A DNA stretch of 64,000 bases from a virus: the IMG/VR virus record IMGVR_UViG_3300025141_000042, positions 36,292 through 100,291 of that record; one strand, given 5' to 3'. Shown here piece after piece: positions 1-9,234 of this stretch. A program made the translations under genes and the position numbers. Position 1 is the first letter of the stretch. Every line of letters begins with the position of its first letter. The notes under the pieces are model-generated. The model saw nothing but the letters and a program-made list of their open reading frames with translations, did no database searches and had not been told where the DNA came from.

Positions 1-232
1 ATCCCCGCGAGCGAAGGTTGTTTTTTTTTCGCTCGGAAGGGGAGACCTTCGCGAAGTATGCTTTTAATGAATCTACCCTAGCAAAGACCGGCGGAGTAAC
101 GAAAGGAAATACCGAATGTGCCAATTGAAAAAAGGAAGAGCAGAATAGAATGGCCGCAATCTTAAGTGCTACGCGGAAATGCTGGAAATACGATTCCCCA
201 ACTTCCTTTGGGTGTTTTGTGAAAATATTCAT
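1..232 (-). CDS. DUF6356-like small membrane-associated protein (runs off window edge)
   Basis: Hand-translated, not in the ORF track: MNIFTKHPKEVGESYFQHFRVALKIAAILFCSSFFQLAHSVFPF...; the F-T-x-H-P-x-x-V-G-E-[ST]-Y-F-x-H...H-x-x-F-P-F pattern resembles DUF6356; AGAGG directly precedes the ATG. Confidence 0.65.
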   Translation of the reverse strand, partial: MNIFTKHPKEVGESYFQHFRVALKIAAILFCSSFFQLAHSVFPFVTPPVFARVDSLKAYFAKVSPSERKKNNLRSRG

Positions 233-257
233 CCTCTTTTTCAATCCTTCAAACTCT

Positions 258-431
258 TCAGAGTTTCTTTGCACTCTCAGCATCCACCGTCACCTTCCAG
301 GATGGACCCAGAACTACGACCTGATTTGCCTCTTCATGGATCTCAACAACTATGCCAACGCGGGTAGTCTCAGCAAAAGTGATCTGTACCATATCGCCCT
401 CCCGCAGTGGGGGTTCGTGTTCGTTGGGCAT
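258..431 (-). CDS. small SH3/KOW-like beta-barrel protein
   Basis: MPNEHEPPLREGDMVQITFAETTRVGIVVEI; GD-x-V...G-I-V pattern; AAGGAG precedes the ATG at 431. Confidence 0.55.
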   Translation of the reverse strand: MPNEHEPPLREGDMVQITFAETTRVGIVVEIHEEANQVVVLGPSWKVTVDAESAKKL

Positions 432-435
432 CTCC

Positions 436-681
436 TTAGTCGTCGGTTCCGAATTTCTCTTTAAGTTGATAAAAAATTCGAATGAAATTGAGATATACTG
501 CGAAACCATTGATGGCCAATAGTGCCGAAATGAATGTAACATGCATGATGCTGCCAGATCCATGCTCAAATAACATGAGAAGTATCTCAAGGGTCAAGAA
601 TGTGCAGAATAGACTTATTGCCAGCATAAGAAATGCCCATGGCAATCGAAGTTTTTCTGAATTTATAAATTTCTTAATCAT
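436..681 (-). CDS. small 2-TM membrane protein
   Basis: Two hydrophobic stretches; AAGGAG SD; late motif at 711-718. Confidence 0.65.
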   Translation of the reverse strand: MIKKFINSEKLRLPWAFLMLAISLFCTFLTLEILLMLFEHGSGSIMHVTFISALLAINGFAVYLNFIRIFYQLKEKFGTDD

Positions 682-721
682 CTTTTTGTAACTCTCCTTC
701 TTGTGAACAATAAGTAGTTTT

Positions 722-979
722 TCATTCTCCTAGAAGACCACTTATTCCCTTTTCGTTGTTGCGCTGCTCTCGCAGAAGTTCGTTGTGCCGATCCAGATCG
801 AAGTCTAGATCATCAAGGCACACGCTATAGTGGCCATCACCATAAATCGCTGCCAGTTCGTGCCAGCATCTGAGTGCTGGGTAGTTCTCACCAAACTTCT
901 CCTGAAAGATAATCGAACTTAAATCCGCGTAGTCTGGATGCTCCAGTACGACAGTGACTGTGTAATATGGGATTCCCAT
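722..979 (-). CDS. hypothetical protein
   Basis: 85 aa ORF packed head-to-tail with neighbours; GAGG SD. Confidence 0.6.
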   Translation of the reverse strand: MGIPYYTVTVVLEHPDYADLSSIIFQEKFGENYPALRCWHELAAIYGDGHYSVCLDDLDFDLDRHNELLREQRNNEKGISGLLGE

Positions 980-1221
980 TATTGTACCTCTTCTTGTTTC
1001 TTCTGCTTTCGCTCTTCTATAAGTTTCTTTGCCTCATCTACCATGCTATCCATATTGTTAGCATAGGGGATGACGCGACGATCAAAACTGAATATGTTTC
1101 TCTCTCCGTTTGAGAAGAAAAACTTTATAAGGTCATCTTCTGAAGAGAGGGGGCCCAGTGCCATCTCCTCTTTGCCCAGATAAGCGACCATTTCGTTAGT
1201 TTTATTTGCCTTCTTCGACAT
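979..1221 (-). CDS. hypothetical protein
   Basis: 80 aa ORF; TAATG stop/start overlap with next gene. Confidence 0.6.
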   Translation of the reverse strand: MSKKANKTNEMVAYLGKEEMALGPLSSEDDLIKFFFSNGERNIFSFDRRVIPYANNMDSMVDEAKKLIEERKQKKQEEVQ

Positions 1222-1333
1222 TCACAATACTCCCTGTTATTACTCTCTTCACTAAAATTGTGCCGGTATAGAGAATGGCAGCGTAGCAGTATGCTACGAG
1301 CATTATCTTCCTTGCTTTCTTTGCAATGGTCAT
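1202..1333 (-). CDS. small single-TM protein (43 aa)
   Basis: Hand-translated MTIAKKARKIMLVAYCYAAILYTGTILVKRVITGSIVNVEEGK; fills the gap between ORFs. Confidence 0.4.
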   Translation of the reverse strand: MTIAKKARKIMLVAYCYAAILYTGTILVKRVITGSIVNVEEGK

Positions 1334-1341
1334 AGCAGTGC

Positions 1342-1764
1342 CTAGACCTCGTTGCCGTCGTTCCAGTTAACCGAAATCCATCGATTCTTGCTGCTGTTAC
1401 TGGAGGTGATAAAGGTACCAGGAAGCAGTCTCCTGACCTCGATGAGCGTTGGGGCAAGGTACATCGCATCTAGAGGAGTCATATCATATTTGTAACTCCA
1501 GTCACCTGAATCTGCTGCCAAGAATACCCATTCTGCGATGATGGCACCAATCTGCTGTGCCTTCCTGTCAATCAACTTCTGACTCTCCGGAGAGATGTAG
1601 TTTTTTTGGTGCGTCTGAAGGGCGCGGGCCCTTCTGACCATCTTTTGCAACTCTTCCCTCTCTACAATATTTTCTCCGATACCTTCAGGTAAGTCGTGGA
1701 CCTCCTCTGGTTCGAAATCCACATACCCATCAAACAATTTGGTAGAATCACTTCCGCTAATCAT
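1342..1764 (-). CDS. hypothetical protein
   Basis: Likely start MISGSDS at 1764, just after the stop of the upstream gene. Confidence 0.6.
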   Translation of the reverse strand: MISGSDSTKLFDGYVDFEPEEVHDLPEGIGENIVEREELQKMVRRARALQTHQKNYISPESQKLIDRKAQQIGAIIAEWVFLAADSGDWSYKYDMTPLDAMYLAPTLIEVRRLLPGTFITSSNSSKNRWISVNWNDGNEV

Positions 1765-1768
1765 AATC

Positions 1769-2089
1769 TTAACCTTTCTGTGTTGTTTTGCTTCTCTTGT
1801 TGTGTTGAAACTTTTCCTCAATCCCCCGAAGACGTGCTCGCAAGTTTGCCGTAATCGTGAGCATTCGGCGGATTGATTTGGGCGTTTCAGTTGCCGCTGG
1901 AGTTGAACGAATAGCATTGAGATCATCTCTCAACTCTTGCGATTGCGCAAGTTCCACTATGTCCCTCAACTCTCCCTCTATGATGCCAATATTGTTCCCA
2001 TACAAGCGCTCATGGCCTGCGACGTTCACAGTAGCAGCATCTACTTCTTCTTTTATTATTTTTAGTAATCTCATCTTAGTGGTTGTCAT
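1769..2089 (-). CDS. hypothetical coiled-coil protein with LKIIKEE N-terminal motif
   Basis: AAGGAG SD; ATGA overlap with upstream gene. Confidence 0.6.
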   Translation of the reverse strand: MTTTKMRLLKIIKEEVDAATVNVAGHERLYGNNIGIIEGELRDIVELAQSQELRDDLNAIRSTPAATETPKSIRRMLTITANLRARLRGIEEKFQHNKRSKTTQKG

Positions 2090-2694
2090 TCGGAATCTCC
2101 TTCGTTGGATTCAATAATCATATCCCAGTGACCGGTTGCTTCATCATTGGCAGATGTCGTTGTGGTAAAATCTATGCGGCGGCCATTGGGGACACCTTCT
2201 AGTTCAGATATCCGAATTTCGGTACGACTTCCAATATCATCATACTCCCATTCTCCTGGCAGCCTGCCAGAGCAAACTATGGTACCGACATGGAATTCCC
2301 CGCTTGCATGCGCAGCAGACATAGAAGATCCCAGAAACCGATGAACTGCGCCTGGTGCGAGTTGATCGCTACCGAGTCCGCCATTCACTTGCAGGAGTGC
2401 CATCGCAGCACCAGAGGCTGTCGTGACATTGATCTCCACTTCAGCATATTCTTCATCGTTGAAACCCCTGACATAAGACGGTGTTGTATCTAGGGATGTC
2501 ACATCGCCGATATTGGCGCGCAGACTAGTGTCGAAAATATCCACGAAATGGTCACCTGAGTTAGAGTGGAAACCGTAGTCATAGTAACTCATCATGCTTG
2601 ATTGTTCTACGGTGTCATCGTATTCTCTTTGTGACAGGCATCCGGAAAAGACCATAAGGCCTATAACAGATAGCATAAATTTAAACTTTATCAT
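2086..2694 (-). CDS. putative lipoprotein
   Basis: Start MIKFKFMLSVIGLMVFSGC: basic N-terminus, hydrophobic core, lipobox-like FSGC; GAGG SD. Confidence 0.65.
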   Translation of the reverse strand: MIKFKFMLSVIGLMVFSGCLSQREYDDTVEQSSMMSYYDYGFHSNSGDHFVDIFDTSLRANIGDVTSLDTTPSYVRGFNDEEYAEVEINVTTASGAAMALLQVNGGLGSDQLAPGAVHRFLGSSMSAAHASGEFHVGTIVCSGRLPGEWEYDDIGSRTEIRISELEGVPNGRRIDFTTTTSANDEATGHWDMIIESNEGDSE

Positions 2695-2713
2695 AAAATC
2701 CTCTTTTTTTTCT

Positions 2714-3022
2714 CTACTGTATGTTCGAAGAGATATAGATTGCCCTTTTTGCAACGACATTGAATAAGAAGTCTGCATAACGATACTTGCCTGACTCTCC
2801 GACCTCAGATACATACTGCTTCCACATGACCCAGGCATCCATATAATCTTGCATTGTTGTGGATGCTTCAGTAAAGGGTAAGATCTTGCCCTCATCAGAC
2901 AACTCGTTAATGAGTTCTGCCATGTTCGCCATCGATTGTGTATTGAAGTCTCCATAATCATAATCATCATCATCGTATGTATGATAAGTGAAAGAACCAG
3001 AACTCTCATTGTTATCTGACAT
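2714..3022 (-). CDS. hypothetical acidic protein
   Basis: MSDNNE start after GGAGGG; late motif at 3062-3069. Confidence 0.6.
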   Translation of the reverse strand: MSDNNESSGSFTYHTYDDDDYDYGDFNTQSMANMAELINELSDEGKILPFTEASTTMQDYMDAWVMWKQYVSEVGESGKYRYADFLFNVVAKRAIYISSNIQ

Positions 3023-3070
3023 TCTTTTTTTCCCTCCGGAAGAAACCATTTTCTCTATTGGTAAATAGTT

Positions 3071-4291
3071 TCACTTAAGCACCAACACCCTTTCTTTTGT
3101 GGTAAAGTATGGAGCATGAGAACCGGCAGCATCAGTCACCCACACCCGCTGACACTTGGACGGACCTGGTTTGGGAGCATACATATCTGTCAAGATGATG
3201 TGTCCGTCAAAGTTATTTTCATTAACATATTTGGTGGGGGCATCAAAGTTTGTGCCACCGCGAAGAACCCTGACATTCTTTCGCCTCTCTCCGCGCTTCC
3301 AAACAAACACCTCCGATTCGAAAACCTGATCATCAAATGGTACCACAACAAATTCTGCTACCTTGGCCAACTCTGCCAGTTCAGCGAAGAACGTATCCAG
3401 CAGGGTGTCACTCACAGACCCAGACTGGTCAATACTGATTGCTATCCTTGCCTGTCGGCGCTTATTCTTACCGGGATGAATATAGGGATACCTCCGATTG
3501 ATATTCTTTATAGATGAGCGCTTGTTTACCACCTGTGAGGTTCTCACGAAGTATCTAAGGAGTTTTTTCCAGTCAAGGGTATGACCAATGATATTTTCCT
3601 TTATGTGCTCTCTCACTTGACGTGAGACCGAACCCCAGGAGTTTGTCTTATCACATTCCTCAGATGCCTTCTTGGTCATCTCCTTCAGTCTCTCTTTTGC
3701 AATCTCTTTTGTCTGTTGGTTGGCATCGCCCCAAGAATCATGGCTGTCAAATTGACCATTGCCTTCGCCTGGTTTGCCCTTCCCCTTTCCGTTGCCTTGT
3801 TCCTCCTGTTCCTCCCCTTCTCCTTCGCCTTCGGCGTGAGACTGTTGCGATTTCTTTTTGGGATCCTGCTCGCTCTTCAGCGCATCGTAGTACCATTCGG
3901 CCGTCATTAGGGGCGGGAATCGCTCGTAGTCTCCCTCTCCCGGTATGCAGCAACCTGGTGGCAGTTCGGTGCGGATATGCCAGTTGATTGCAAGGTCGGT
4001 GGCCACGTTCCAGAGCACACTCATCTTCCCTTCGGGGAGTCTATCTGTGATGTGCTCGAACACCAAATGGTAGAACTCATGCTTCAAGACTCCGCCCATC
4101 TCCTTCTCGGTAATGGACTCAAAATATTCAGGGTTATAGAGAAGTTCATAGTACCCAGTATGTTTGTTGATCATTACTCCAGCAGTGGGAACAGATCGAC
4201 TGACCTTCTTATCTATCCTTCGCGATAGTGCCGCAAAGAAAGGTTCATCCTGCAACAATCTATAGATGTGCTTGTTCAGATCGAATGTCAT
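3071..4291 (-). CDS. DUF2201-type metallopeptidase (HEXXH) + vWA domain protein
   Basis: HEFYH and WNVATDLAIN in N-terminal domain; acidic/Gly linker; C-terminal MIDAS DQSGS, GGTNF, ILTD. Confidence 0.85.
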   Translation of the reverse strand: MTFDLNKHIYRLLQDEPFFAALSRRIDKKVSRSVPTAGVMINKHTGYYELLYNPEYFESITEKEMGGVLKHEFYHLVFEHITDRLPEGKMSVLWNVATDLAINWHIRTELPPGCCIPGEGDYERFPPLMTAEWYYDALKSEQDPKKKSQQSHAEGEGEGEEQEEQGNGKGKGKPGEGNGQFDSHDSWGDANQQTKEIAKERLKEMTKKASEECDKTNSWGSVSRQVREHIKENIIGHTLDWKKLLRYFVRTSQVVNKRSSIKNINRRYPYIHPGKNKRRQARIAISIDQSGSVSDTLLDTFFAELAELAKVAEFVVVPFDDQVFESEVFVWKRGERRKNVRVLRGGTNFDAPTKYVNENNFDGHIILTDMYAPKPGPSKCQRVWVTDAAGSHAPYFTTKERVLVLK

Positions 4292-4292
4292 G

Positions 4293-4553
4293 CTACCCCT
4301 TCTCTCTTTTTGAACGTGCGTCTCTGGTTTTGGGCGCCATCCTAATCCGCGCATCTCTAGGACTCACCAGACTTTCCCGATAACCGCCTGCATCGTTCAA
4401 CCACCAGACGCGATAATACACTTTAAAATCAGTGTCATCTATAGTAGATGAGTTGTTCCACTTTGTCTTTACCATAACCAAACCCAGTATTCCTGTCTCG
4501 CAGTTCTCAACCAGGTCTCCCACGCGGTAATTTCGCGAACTACGCTGGGGCAT
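4293..4553 (-). CDS. small SH3/KOW-like protein
   Basis: YRVGDLV...GILGLVM...YRVWW. Confidence 0.55.
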   Translation of the reverse strand: MPQRSSRNYRVGDLVENCETGILGLVMVKTKWNNSSTIDDTDFKVYYRVWWLNDAGGYRESLVSPRDARIRMAPKTRDARSKREKG

Positions 4554-5004
4554 TCCACTCTCGTTCTGATGCCCAATCAATATAGGACATGATACATTTA
4601 GCGGCACAGTTCTCGTATGCCCTTTCGTCTAGTTTTATCCCCAACCCCTCAGCAAGTTCTTTGCCGTTCTTCCATGCCTGCATCTCTTCATCCAGGAGTT
4701 GGACCCTGTAGGCATATGACTTGATAGGTTTGCCGGTGAGGTCTGATTTTGCTAACAGTTGATATTTCCCATAGCGGTAGGCGGCGCCGGAACCGACTTC
4801 GCGATTCATGGCATGCCCGATCTCATGTAAGAGGGTGAACATTTGGTTCTCGCCCGTCTGAGATTCGTTGATGATAATCAATCTATCCTCTGGCATATAC
4901 CTATCGCATTGGCCAGTGGCGAAAACAACAGTGATTTGCTTGACTTCTTTTGCCCATTTTACTAACTTATTAATGTTCTTGCTGTGCTTGTTCTTGTATG
5001 GCAT
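4540..5004 (-). CDS. ImmA/IrrE-like HEXXH metallopeptidase
   Basis: IIINE...FTLLHEIGH...DEEMQAW (third ligand Glu); AAGGAAGG SD. Confidence 0.7.
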   Translation of the reverse strand: MPYKNKHSKNINKLVKWAKEVKQITVVFATGQCDRYMPEDRLIIINESQTGENQMFTLLHEIGHAMNREVGSGAAYRYGKYQLLAKSDLTGKPIKSYAYRVQLLDEEMQAWKNGKELAEGLGIKLDERAYENCAAKCIMSYIDWASEREWNAPA

Positions 5005-5060
5005 CGCAGTAACCTTCCTTTCTCTTGTTTCTTCTGTAATTCTTGGGTTGCTGATTGTCT

Positions 5061-6149
5061 CTATTCTTCTACAGTCTTCTGTACCAGGGATACAATGTGA
5101 TCTCCCACTCTTTTTCCATCTACCTCCGCACCGTGGAAATTTATAATATTGTCTCGGATGGCACATCTTCCGACAATTGAAAACAATTTCATTGCCATCT
5201 CTCCGGGGATTGTCACGAAGTATGCCGCCAAGTTATCCAATTGCTGGCTGCTTAACTCTGTTTCATCAAAGATCTTTGAATTCTCCATCTTCTCTATCAA
5301 TGCGCCATGCTTGTTGATATCAAATTCTTCTGTAAGTTTGATATCACCCTTGTCGAGGATATCATCGACAGTCACCATGCGGTCATGATTGATGTAGAAA
5401 TCACGGAAGGCAATTGCTGCTTCAAAACCAAGAAATCCTTGTGTGAGGGAGAACAACTCAGATTCACTGAGTTCTTCCCGCATAATGCGTATTGTCTCGC
5501 TGAATCTTACCCACGACCGGCGACTAGGGTATACCTTGCCCGGTTCATAGTTGCCACTGGCATGCTCAAGGTGGTTTCTATTCTCGTTGATAAAATCCCA
5601 AACGACCGGTTCTACTTTCTTGTCGGATGCCCAGGTAAGCCAATCCTCAACCGTGGGTTCTATATCGAATACCGTATAACGATCCAGTTCAGCAGGATCC
5701 ATTTCCCCAACCTGATACTCTGAAGAGTTTTCGCCGCCATTAACTGCGGCGACGATGACCGTATCCTCATGGAGGGTGTGCCCGTTTAATTTGCGAGAGT
5801 CAGTGAGTTCAAAGATGCCCTGTCTGACTTCTGGAGTTGCTCGATCAATCTCATCCAAGAATAAGAGGACTCCGCGATCACATGCTTCCTTGAACCAGTC
5901 TGGTGGGTTCCATCTTGTCACGGTTGCGCCCCTGGTGTTGTCGATAGATGGGAGACCCATGAGGTCACCCTCGGTCATCTGGGAGGCGCGACGCTCGATA
6001 ACACCACCAGTGTAGGGTAGATCCCCCTCTATTTGATATACTACCTCAGACTTGCCAATACCATGGCGGCCGCGAAGGATAATGGGGTATCTCGCTGCTA
6101 AGACATGAGGTGCTGCGAAAAGAAATGTTTTGAAATCGATTGCTGACAT
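5061..6149 (-). CDS. MoxR-like AAA+ ATPase
   Basis: Walker A GRHGIGKS, Walker B LFLDEIDRA, sensor AAVN, Arg finger DPAELDRY; near vWA partner. Confidence 0.88.
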   Translation of the reverse strand: MSAIDFKTFLFAAPHVLAARYPIILRGRHGIGKSEVVYQIEGDLPYTGGVIERRASQMTEGDLMGLPSIDNTRGATVTRWNPPDWFKEACDRGVLLFLDEIDRATPEVRQGIFELTDSRKLNGHTLHEDTVIVAAVNGGENSSEYQVGEMDPAELDRYTVFDIEPTVEDWLTWASDKKVEPVVWDFINENRNHLEHASGNYEPGKVYPSRRSWVRFSETIRIMREELSESELFSLTQGFLGFEAAIAFRDFYINHDRMVTVDDILDKGDIKLTEEFDINKHGALIEKMENSKIFDETELSSQQLDNLAAYFVTIPGEMAMKLFSIVGRCAIRDNIINFHGAEVDGKRVGDHIVSLVQKTVEE

Positions 6150-6181
6150 ATTATTTTGCCTTTTGTTACTTCTGTTGCTAT

Positions 6182-6880
6182 CTAGGTCCACTCTTCGAGG
6201 ATCGTTGCTCTACACTCTCTATGCCCTCCAGCGGCAGAAAGGGTTTTGAAATAATCCCTAACATTCTGCCACCCCTCGAAGAGAGTAGATGCGTCATAAC
6301 CGCGCAAGAGGCGTGAAGTTGGCGCATATACCGGTGATGCGATTCTCCAATACCCACCAATCCGAGATTTTGCCAGTTCGCCATATTCTGCTTCTGTGAT
6401 CTTTTTAAGTTCTGGCATGTATCTAAAGACCTTCCCCTCAGAACACCACTCGCGCTTCAGTTCGTGGTTTGCAAACCTCACCTTCCAAACTGGCGGAGAA
6501 GGAATAGACAACCCAAAAGCGGTAGAGACTCCCCAACCACGACCATAGGAACCTGTCTCGATCTTAGGTTGGCCGAGGATGTGGACCTTGATCCAGCGCT
6601 TGCCCGGTTTGCGGAAGAAAAGCGCGTCCCATTCGAGTTCTGTGATTAACCCTAATGCTGTTGCTTCCTCTTTTCCCTGTACTGCCTGTATATATTCGAC
6701 AAGAGCACCCACTGCGAGGCCACGGGCATGAAGATCTTCTGACACCAACTGGATAAATTTGCTATTCATTTGCGCAAACTTGGCACCATGTTCTTTCAAT
6801 TCGGCACATGTGCGCCGATCATGATCGGTTGAGCGACAATAGGAGCATCTCCTAGGGTTTCGTTCTAAAGTTTGTGACAT
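6182..6880 (-). CDS. CCHC zinc-knuckle protein
   Basis: N-terminal CSYCRSTDHDRRTC (Cx2Cx4Hx4C). Confidence 0.65.
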   Translation of the reverse strand: MSQTLERNPRRCSYCRSTDHDRRTCAELKEHGAKFAQMNSKFIQLVSEDLHARGLAVGALVEYIQAVQGKEEATALGLITELEWDALFFRKPGKRWIKVHILGQPKIETGSYGRGWGVSTAFGLSIPSPPVWKVRFANHELKREWCSEGKVFRYMPELKKITEAEYGELAKSRIGGYWRIASPVYAPTSRLLRGYDASTLFEGWQNVRDYFKTLSAAGGHRECRATILEEWT

Positions 6881-6885
6881 TACGA

Positions 6886-7191
6886 TTAGGCCTTGCCAAT
6901 AATATAGTCCAAGACATTGCCGCTGTTGCCAGACAATCCGCCATACATGGTAGAAAACTCTAACCACTTTTGGCCAAATGAGGACGGTTCCCGGTATTTT
7001 ACAACTATCATAAACTCATCCGGATCGTATACAGAAAACAACTCATCAACTGCGGCGCGATCTTCTTCCTTAAAACTATAAGTTTCCACAAGTTTGGGAA
7101 GGGCAGCAGAAAGGAGATCCTCGATCCCCGAGTCTATATCAATCGGACTTGCTTTATACACTTTAACCATGATCATAGTCTTTTCTCCCAA
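6886..7191 (-). CDS. hypothetical protein (first gene of early operon)
   Basis: ORF directly downstream of the sigma70 promoter at 7214-7242; exact start uncertain. Confidence 0.55.
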   Translation of the reverse strand: MGEKTMIMVKVYKASPIDIDSGIEDLLSAALPKLVETYSFKEEDRAAVDELFSVYDPDEFMIVVKYREPSSFGQKWLEFSTMYGGLSGNSGNVLDYIIGKA

Positions 7192-7213
7192 TTCCTAATC
7201 TGATCTGTCATCC

Positions 7214-7242
7214 ATTATCGCAGAATAGAGATCATTTGTCAA
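7214..7242 (-). promoter_or_regulatory. sigma70-type promoter
   Basis: Minus strand TTGACA-17nt-GATAAT. Confidence 0.75.
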
Positions 7243-7274
7243 GTCTTTTGTGCGGAAACTTTAAGTGCCCGGAT

Positions 7275-7634
7275 CTATGATGTTTTCTTTTTGACACGTT
7301 TGGTGGCCACGCCTAAGTCCTTGTTATTGCTAGACTTCTTCGAAGTGCTTGATTTCTTTCGCTTTTTCTTGGGCGCAGCAACTTTCGTCTGTAAGTCCTT
7401 GATTTCTAACAACTCAATTTCTTTTGCCTTTAATTCCAATAAGATAGCATGATTGTTAGATTCCAAGACACTTATGCGATCCCTGTGATAGTTGACCAGA
7501 TCCTCTAAGGTATCAATCTGCTTTTTCTGTGATCGCAGTTCAGATATCAATTTATTAATCTCTTCGGGGCGATTCTTTTTTGCTCCCGCATGTAGTGATT
7601 CTCTTATTTTCTCTGCGTTTGTTTTTCTTCTCAT
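7275..7634 (-). CDS. coiled-coil protein with Lys-rich C-terminus
   Basis: Heptad-like core; KKKRKK tail. Confidence 0.6.
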   Translation of the reverse strand: MRRKTNAEKIRESLHAGAKKNRPEEINKLISELRSQKKQIDTLEDLVNYHRDRISVLESNNHAILLELKAKEIELLEIKDLQTKVAAPKKKRKKSSTSKKSSNNKDLGVATKRVKKKTS

Positions 7635-7635
7635 G

Positions 7636-7812
7636 TTATTTTCCTTTCTCAAGTTGTTTCACGAATTTGTTATAGTGATGACCGCATAGACGGTGACCGG
7701 ATGGTGTTTGCCAAGTGTATTCCTCAAGGCAGTTGTCACACTTCTTCGCATGGTTGATATCTATTCCGCGAAGAAGAACTGTTGCAATGATTTTCCTAAT
7801 CCTATTCAGCAT
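7636..7812 (-). CDS. small putative zinc-binding protein
   Basis: CDNC...LCGHH. Confidence 0.5.
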   Translation of the reverse strand: MLNRIRKIIATVLLRGIDINHAKKCDNCLEEYTWQTPSGHRLCGHHYNKFVKQLEKGK

Positions 7813-8084
7813 CAAAACAAACCTGGACTGATCTGAGTTGAATAATAGAAGAGTGCTGTGCCGTACAGGATTATCCCCACCCACTCGCGTTGCATCCGCA
7901 ACACAAGCAGTCCGTAACTCCTCAGTGCCAACATACCCAGCAAGGCATATTTGGCGCCCACCTTATTATCAACAACAAGAAAACATAAGATAAAGATAAA
8001 TGCTAGTGTCACTAGGACGGCATGAGACTCTATCCTCTTCATTGCGCGATCAAACTTTTCCTGCTCTTCGTTTTCGTTAGACAT
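7812..8084 (-). CDS. 3-TM membrane protein, holin candidate
   Basis: Charged N-terminus, three hydrophobic segments; directly follows the peptidoglycan peptidase; AAGGAGG SD. Confidence 0.5.
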   Translation of the reverse strand: MSNENEEQEKFDRAMKRIESHAVLVTLAFIFILCFLVVDNKVGAKYALLGMLALRSYGLLVLRMQREWVGIILYGTALFYYSTQISPGLF

Positions 8085-8613
8085 TTTGTGCCTCCTTCTC
8101 TGGAACTGTTCTCTTTTTCTTTTTCTTATAACCATTCTCGTAAAATGTCCAATGCCAAGTTTCACCCTCTACGTCGTTGTAGAAACCAAATCTCTTAGCA
8201 TTGCGGACAAGCCACCAATAAAGGATGGTCCTGTTCTTCTTCTTGTCTATCACCCGTGTTGTGCCGGCAATATCGACTGACATGCCCATTTGGTGCGAAC
8301 TGTGCCCTGGGCGGGCAGCAAGTTCGCCTTTTGCTCTGTGTAGTATTCTCTGCTCGCGATGCGTTCTGAACGCCGTTGTCACACTAAGGTGGAATCCATC
8401 TTTTGCTGCTGCAACCATCATATCCCGGAAGTTCTTTGCTGGTCTTGTAGCAAGTGCCAGGGAAGACCCGTGGGTACCCTTCTGGTGGATAGAGGAAACA
8501 TTAAGTATGTAAGGTTTCCCTCCCCTGTAACCCTTTACTGATTTATATATTATCTCTTCGGCACCTCCATTGCTAATGGTGGCCAAGACCAATAAAATTG
8601 CTGGAATTGTCAT
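8077..8613 (-). CDS. M15B/VanY-family peptidoglycan peptidase (endolysin candidate) with N-terminal signal
   Basis: AFRTHREQ, PGHSSHQMGMSVD (SxHxxGxxxD), ETWH; hydrophobic N-terminus. Confidence 0.85.
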   Translation of the reverse strand: MTIPAILLVLATISNGGAEEIIYKSVKGYRGGKPYILNVSSIHQKGTHGSSLALATRPAKNFRDMMVAAAKDGFHLSVTTAFRTHREQRILHRAKGELAARPGHSSHQMGMSVDIAGTTRVIDKKKNRTILYWWLVRNAKRFGFYNDVEGETWHWTFYENGYKKKKKRTVPEKEAQNV

Positions 8614-8622
8614 TCTCTTTTC

Positions 8623-8892
8623 TTAGTCCTTCCCTAGACTGGGAATCATGATATCTTGCTTGCTCATCCACATCCCGGTACCCTTCTCAACCCAAAACAC
8701 AAAAATCTTGGGGTTCGTGAATTTCTCTGCGGCGTCCTTCAGATCATATACGTCAAACTCTACCTGCTCAAACCCCATAACAATGCCCACGCCTGCCTTT
8801 CTGGTATAGTCACCCCTAAAGCATACCACATCTCCAACAGAGATGTCAAGTGTTTTTTTCAAGTGACCCGTATTGTCCGCTAAGTCTGCCAT
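8623..8892 (-). CDS. small SH3/KOW-like protein
   Basis: ISVGDVV...GVGIVM...VFWV; late motif 8 nt upstream of ATG. Confidence 0.6.
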   Translation of the reverse strand: MADLADNTGHLKKTLDISVGDVVCFRGDYTRKAGVGIVMGFEQVEFDVYDLKDAAEKFTNPKIFVFWVEKGTGMWMSKQDIMIPSLGKD

Positions 8893-8900
8893 ACTGCTTG

Positions 8901-8944
8901 TAAATAGTCATCGAGCAGTATCTGGACTATTTCCATACTAGTTA
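8901..8944. promoter_or_regulatory. divergent pair of late motifs
   Basis: ACTATTTA on minus strand (8901-8908) and ACTAGTTA on plus strand (8937-8944), each facing its own operon. Confidence 0.6.
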
Positions 8945-9022
8945 CTTCTAGAGGCAGAGCACAAAAAGAAGAACACAGGAGCCAGAACACAAGAAAAGCA
9001 GAGGAAAAAAAAGTAAAAAATT

Positions 9023-9232
9023 ATGGGACACAGTGCTAAACTATATGTGAAGAGTGCCTGCATGGTATGTAAGAATAAGACATACTTCTGTGCCTACTGC
9101 GATGGAGTAGGAAGCGTGTTTGTGGAAGCATCAGACAAAAGTGTCTCAAGATGGTTGACCGAGTTGACAGAAGAGAGGAAACAAAGTATACTAGAAGATG
9201 TCGGCACAAACGGAGATGACCCAGAGGTATAA
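9023..9232 (+). CDS. small zinc-finger protein (DnaJ-like CxxCxGxG)
   Basis: CMVC...CAYCDGVG. Confidence 0.6.
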   Translation: MGHSAKLYVKSACMVCKNKTYFCAYCDGVGSVFVEASDKSVSRWLTELTEERKQSILEDVGTNGDDPEV

Positions 9233-9234
9233 AA

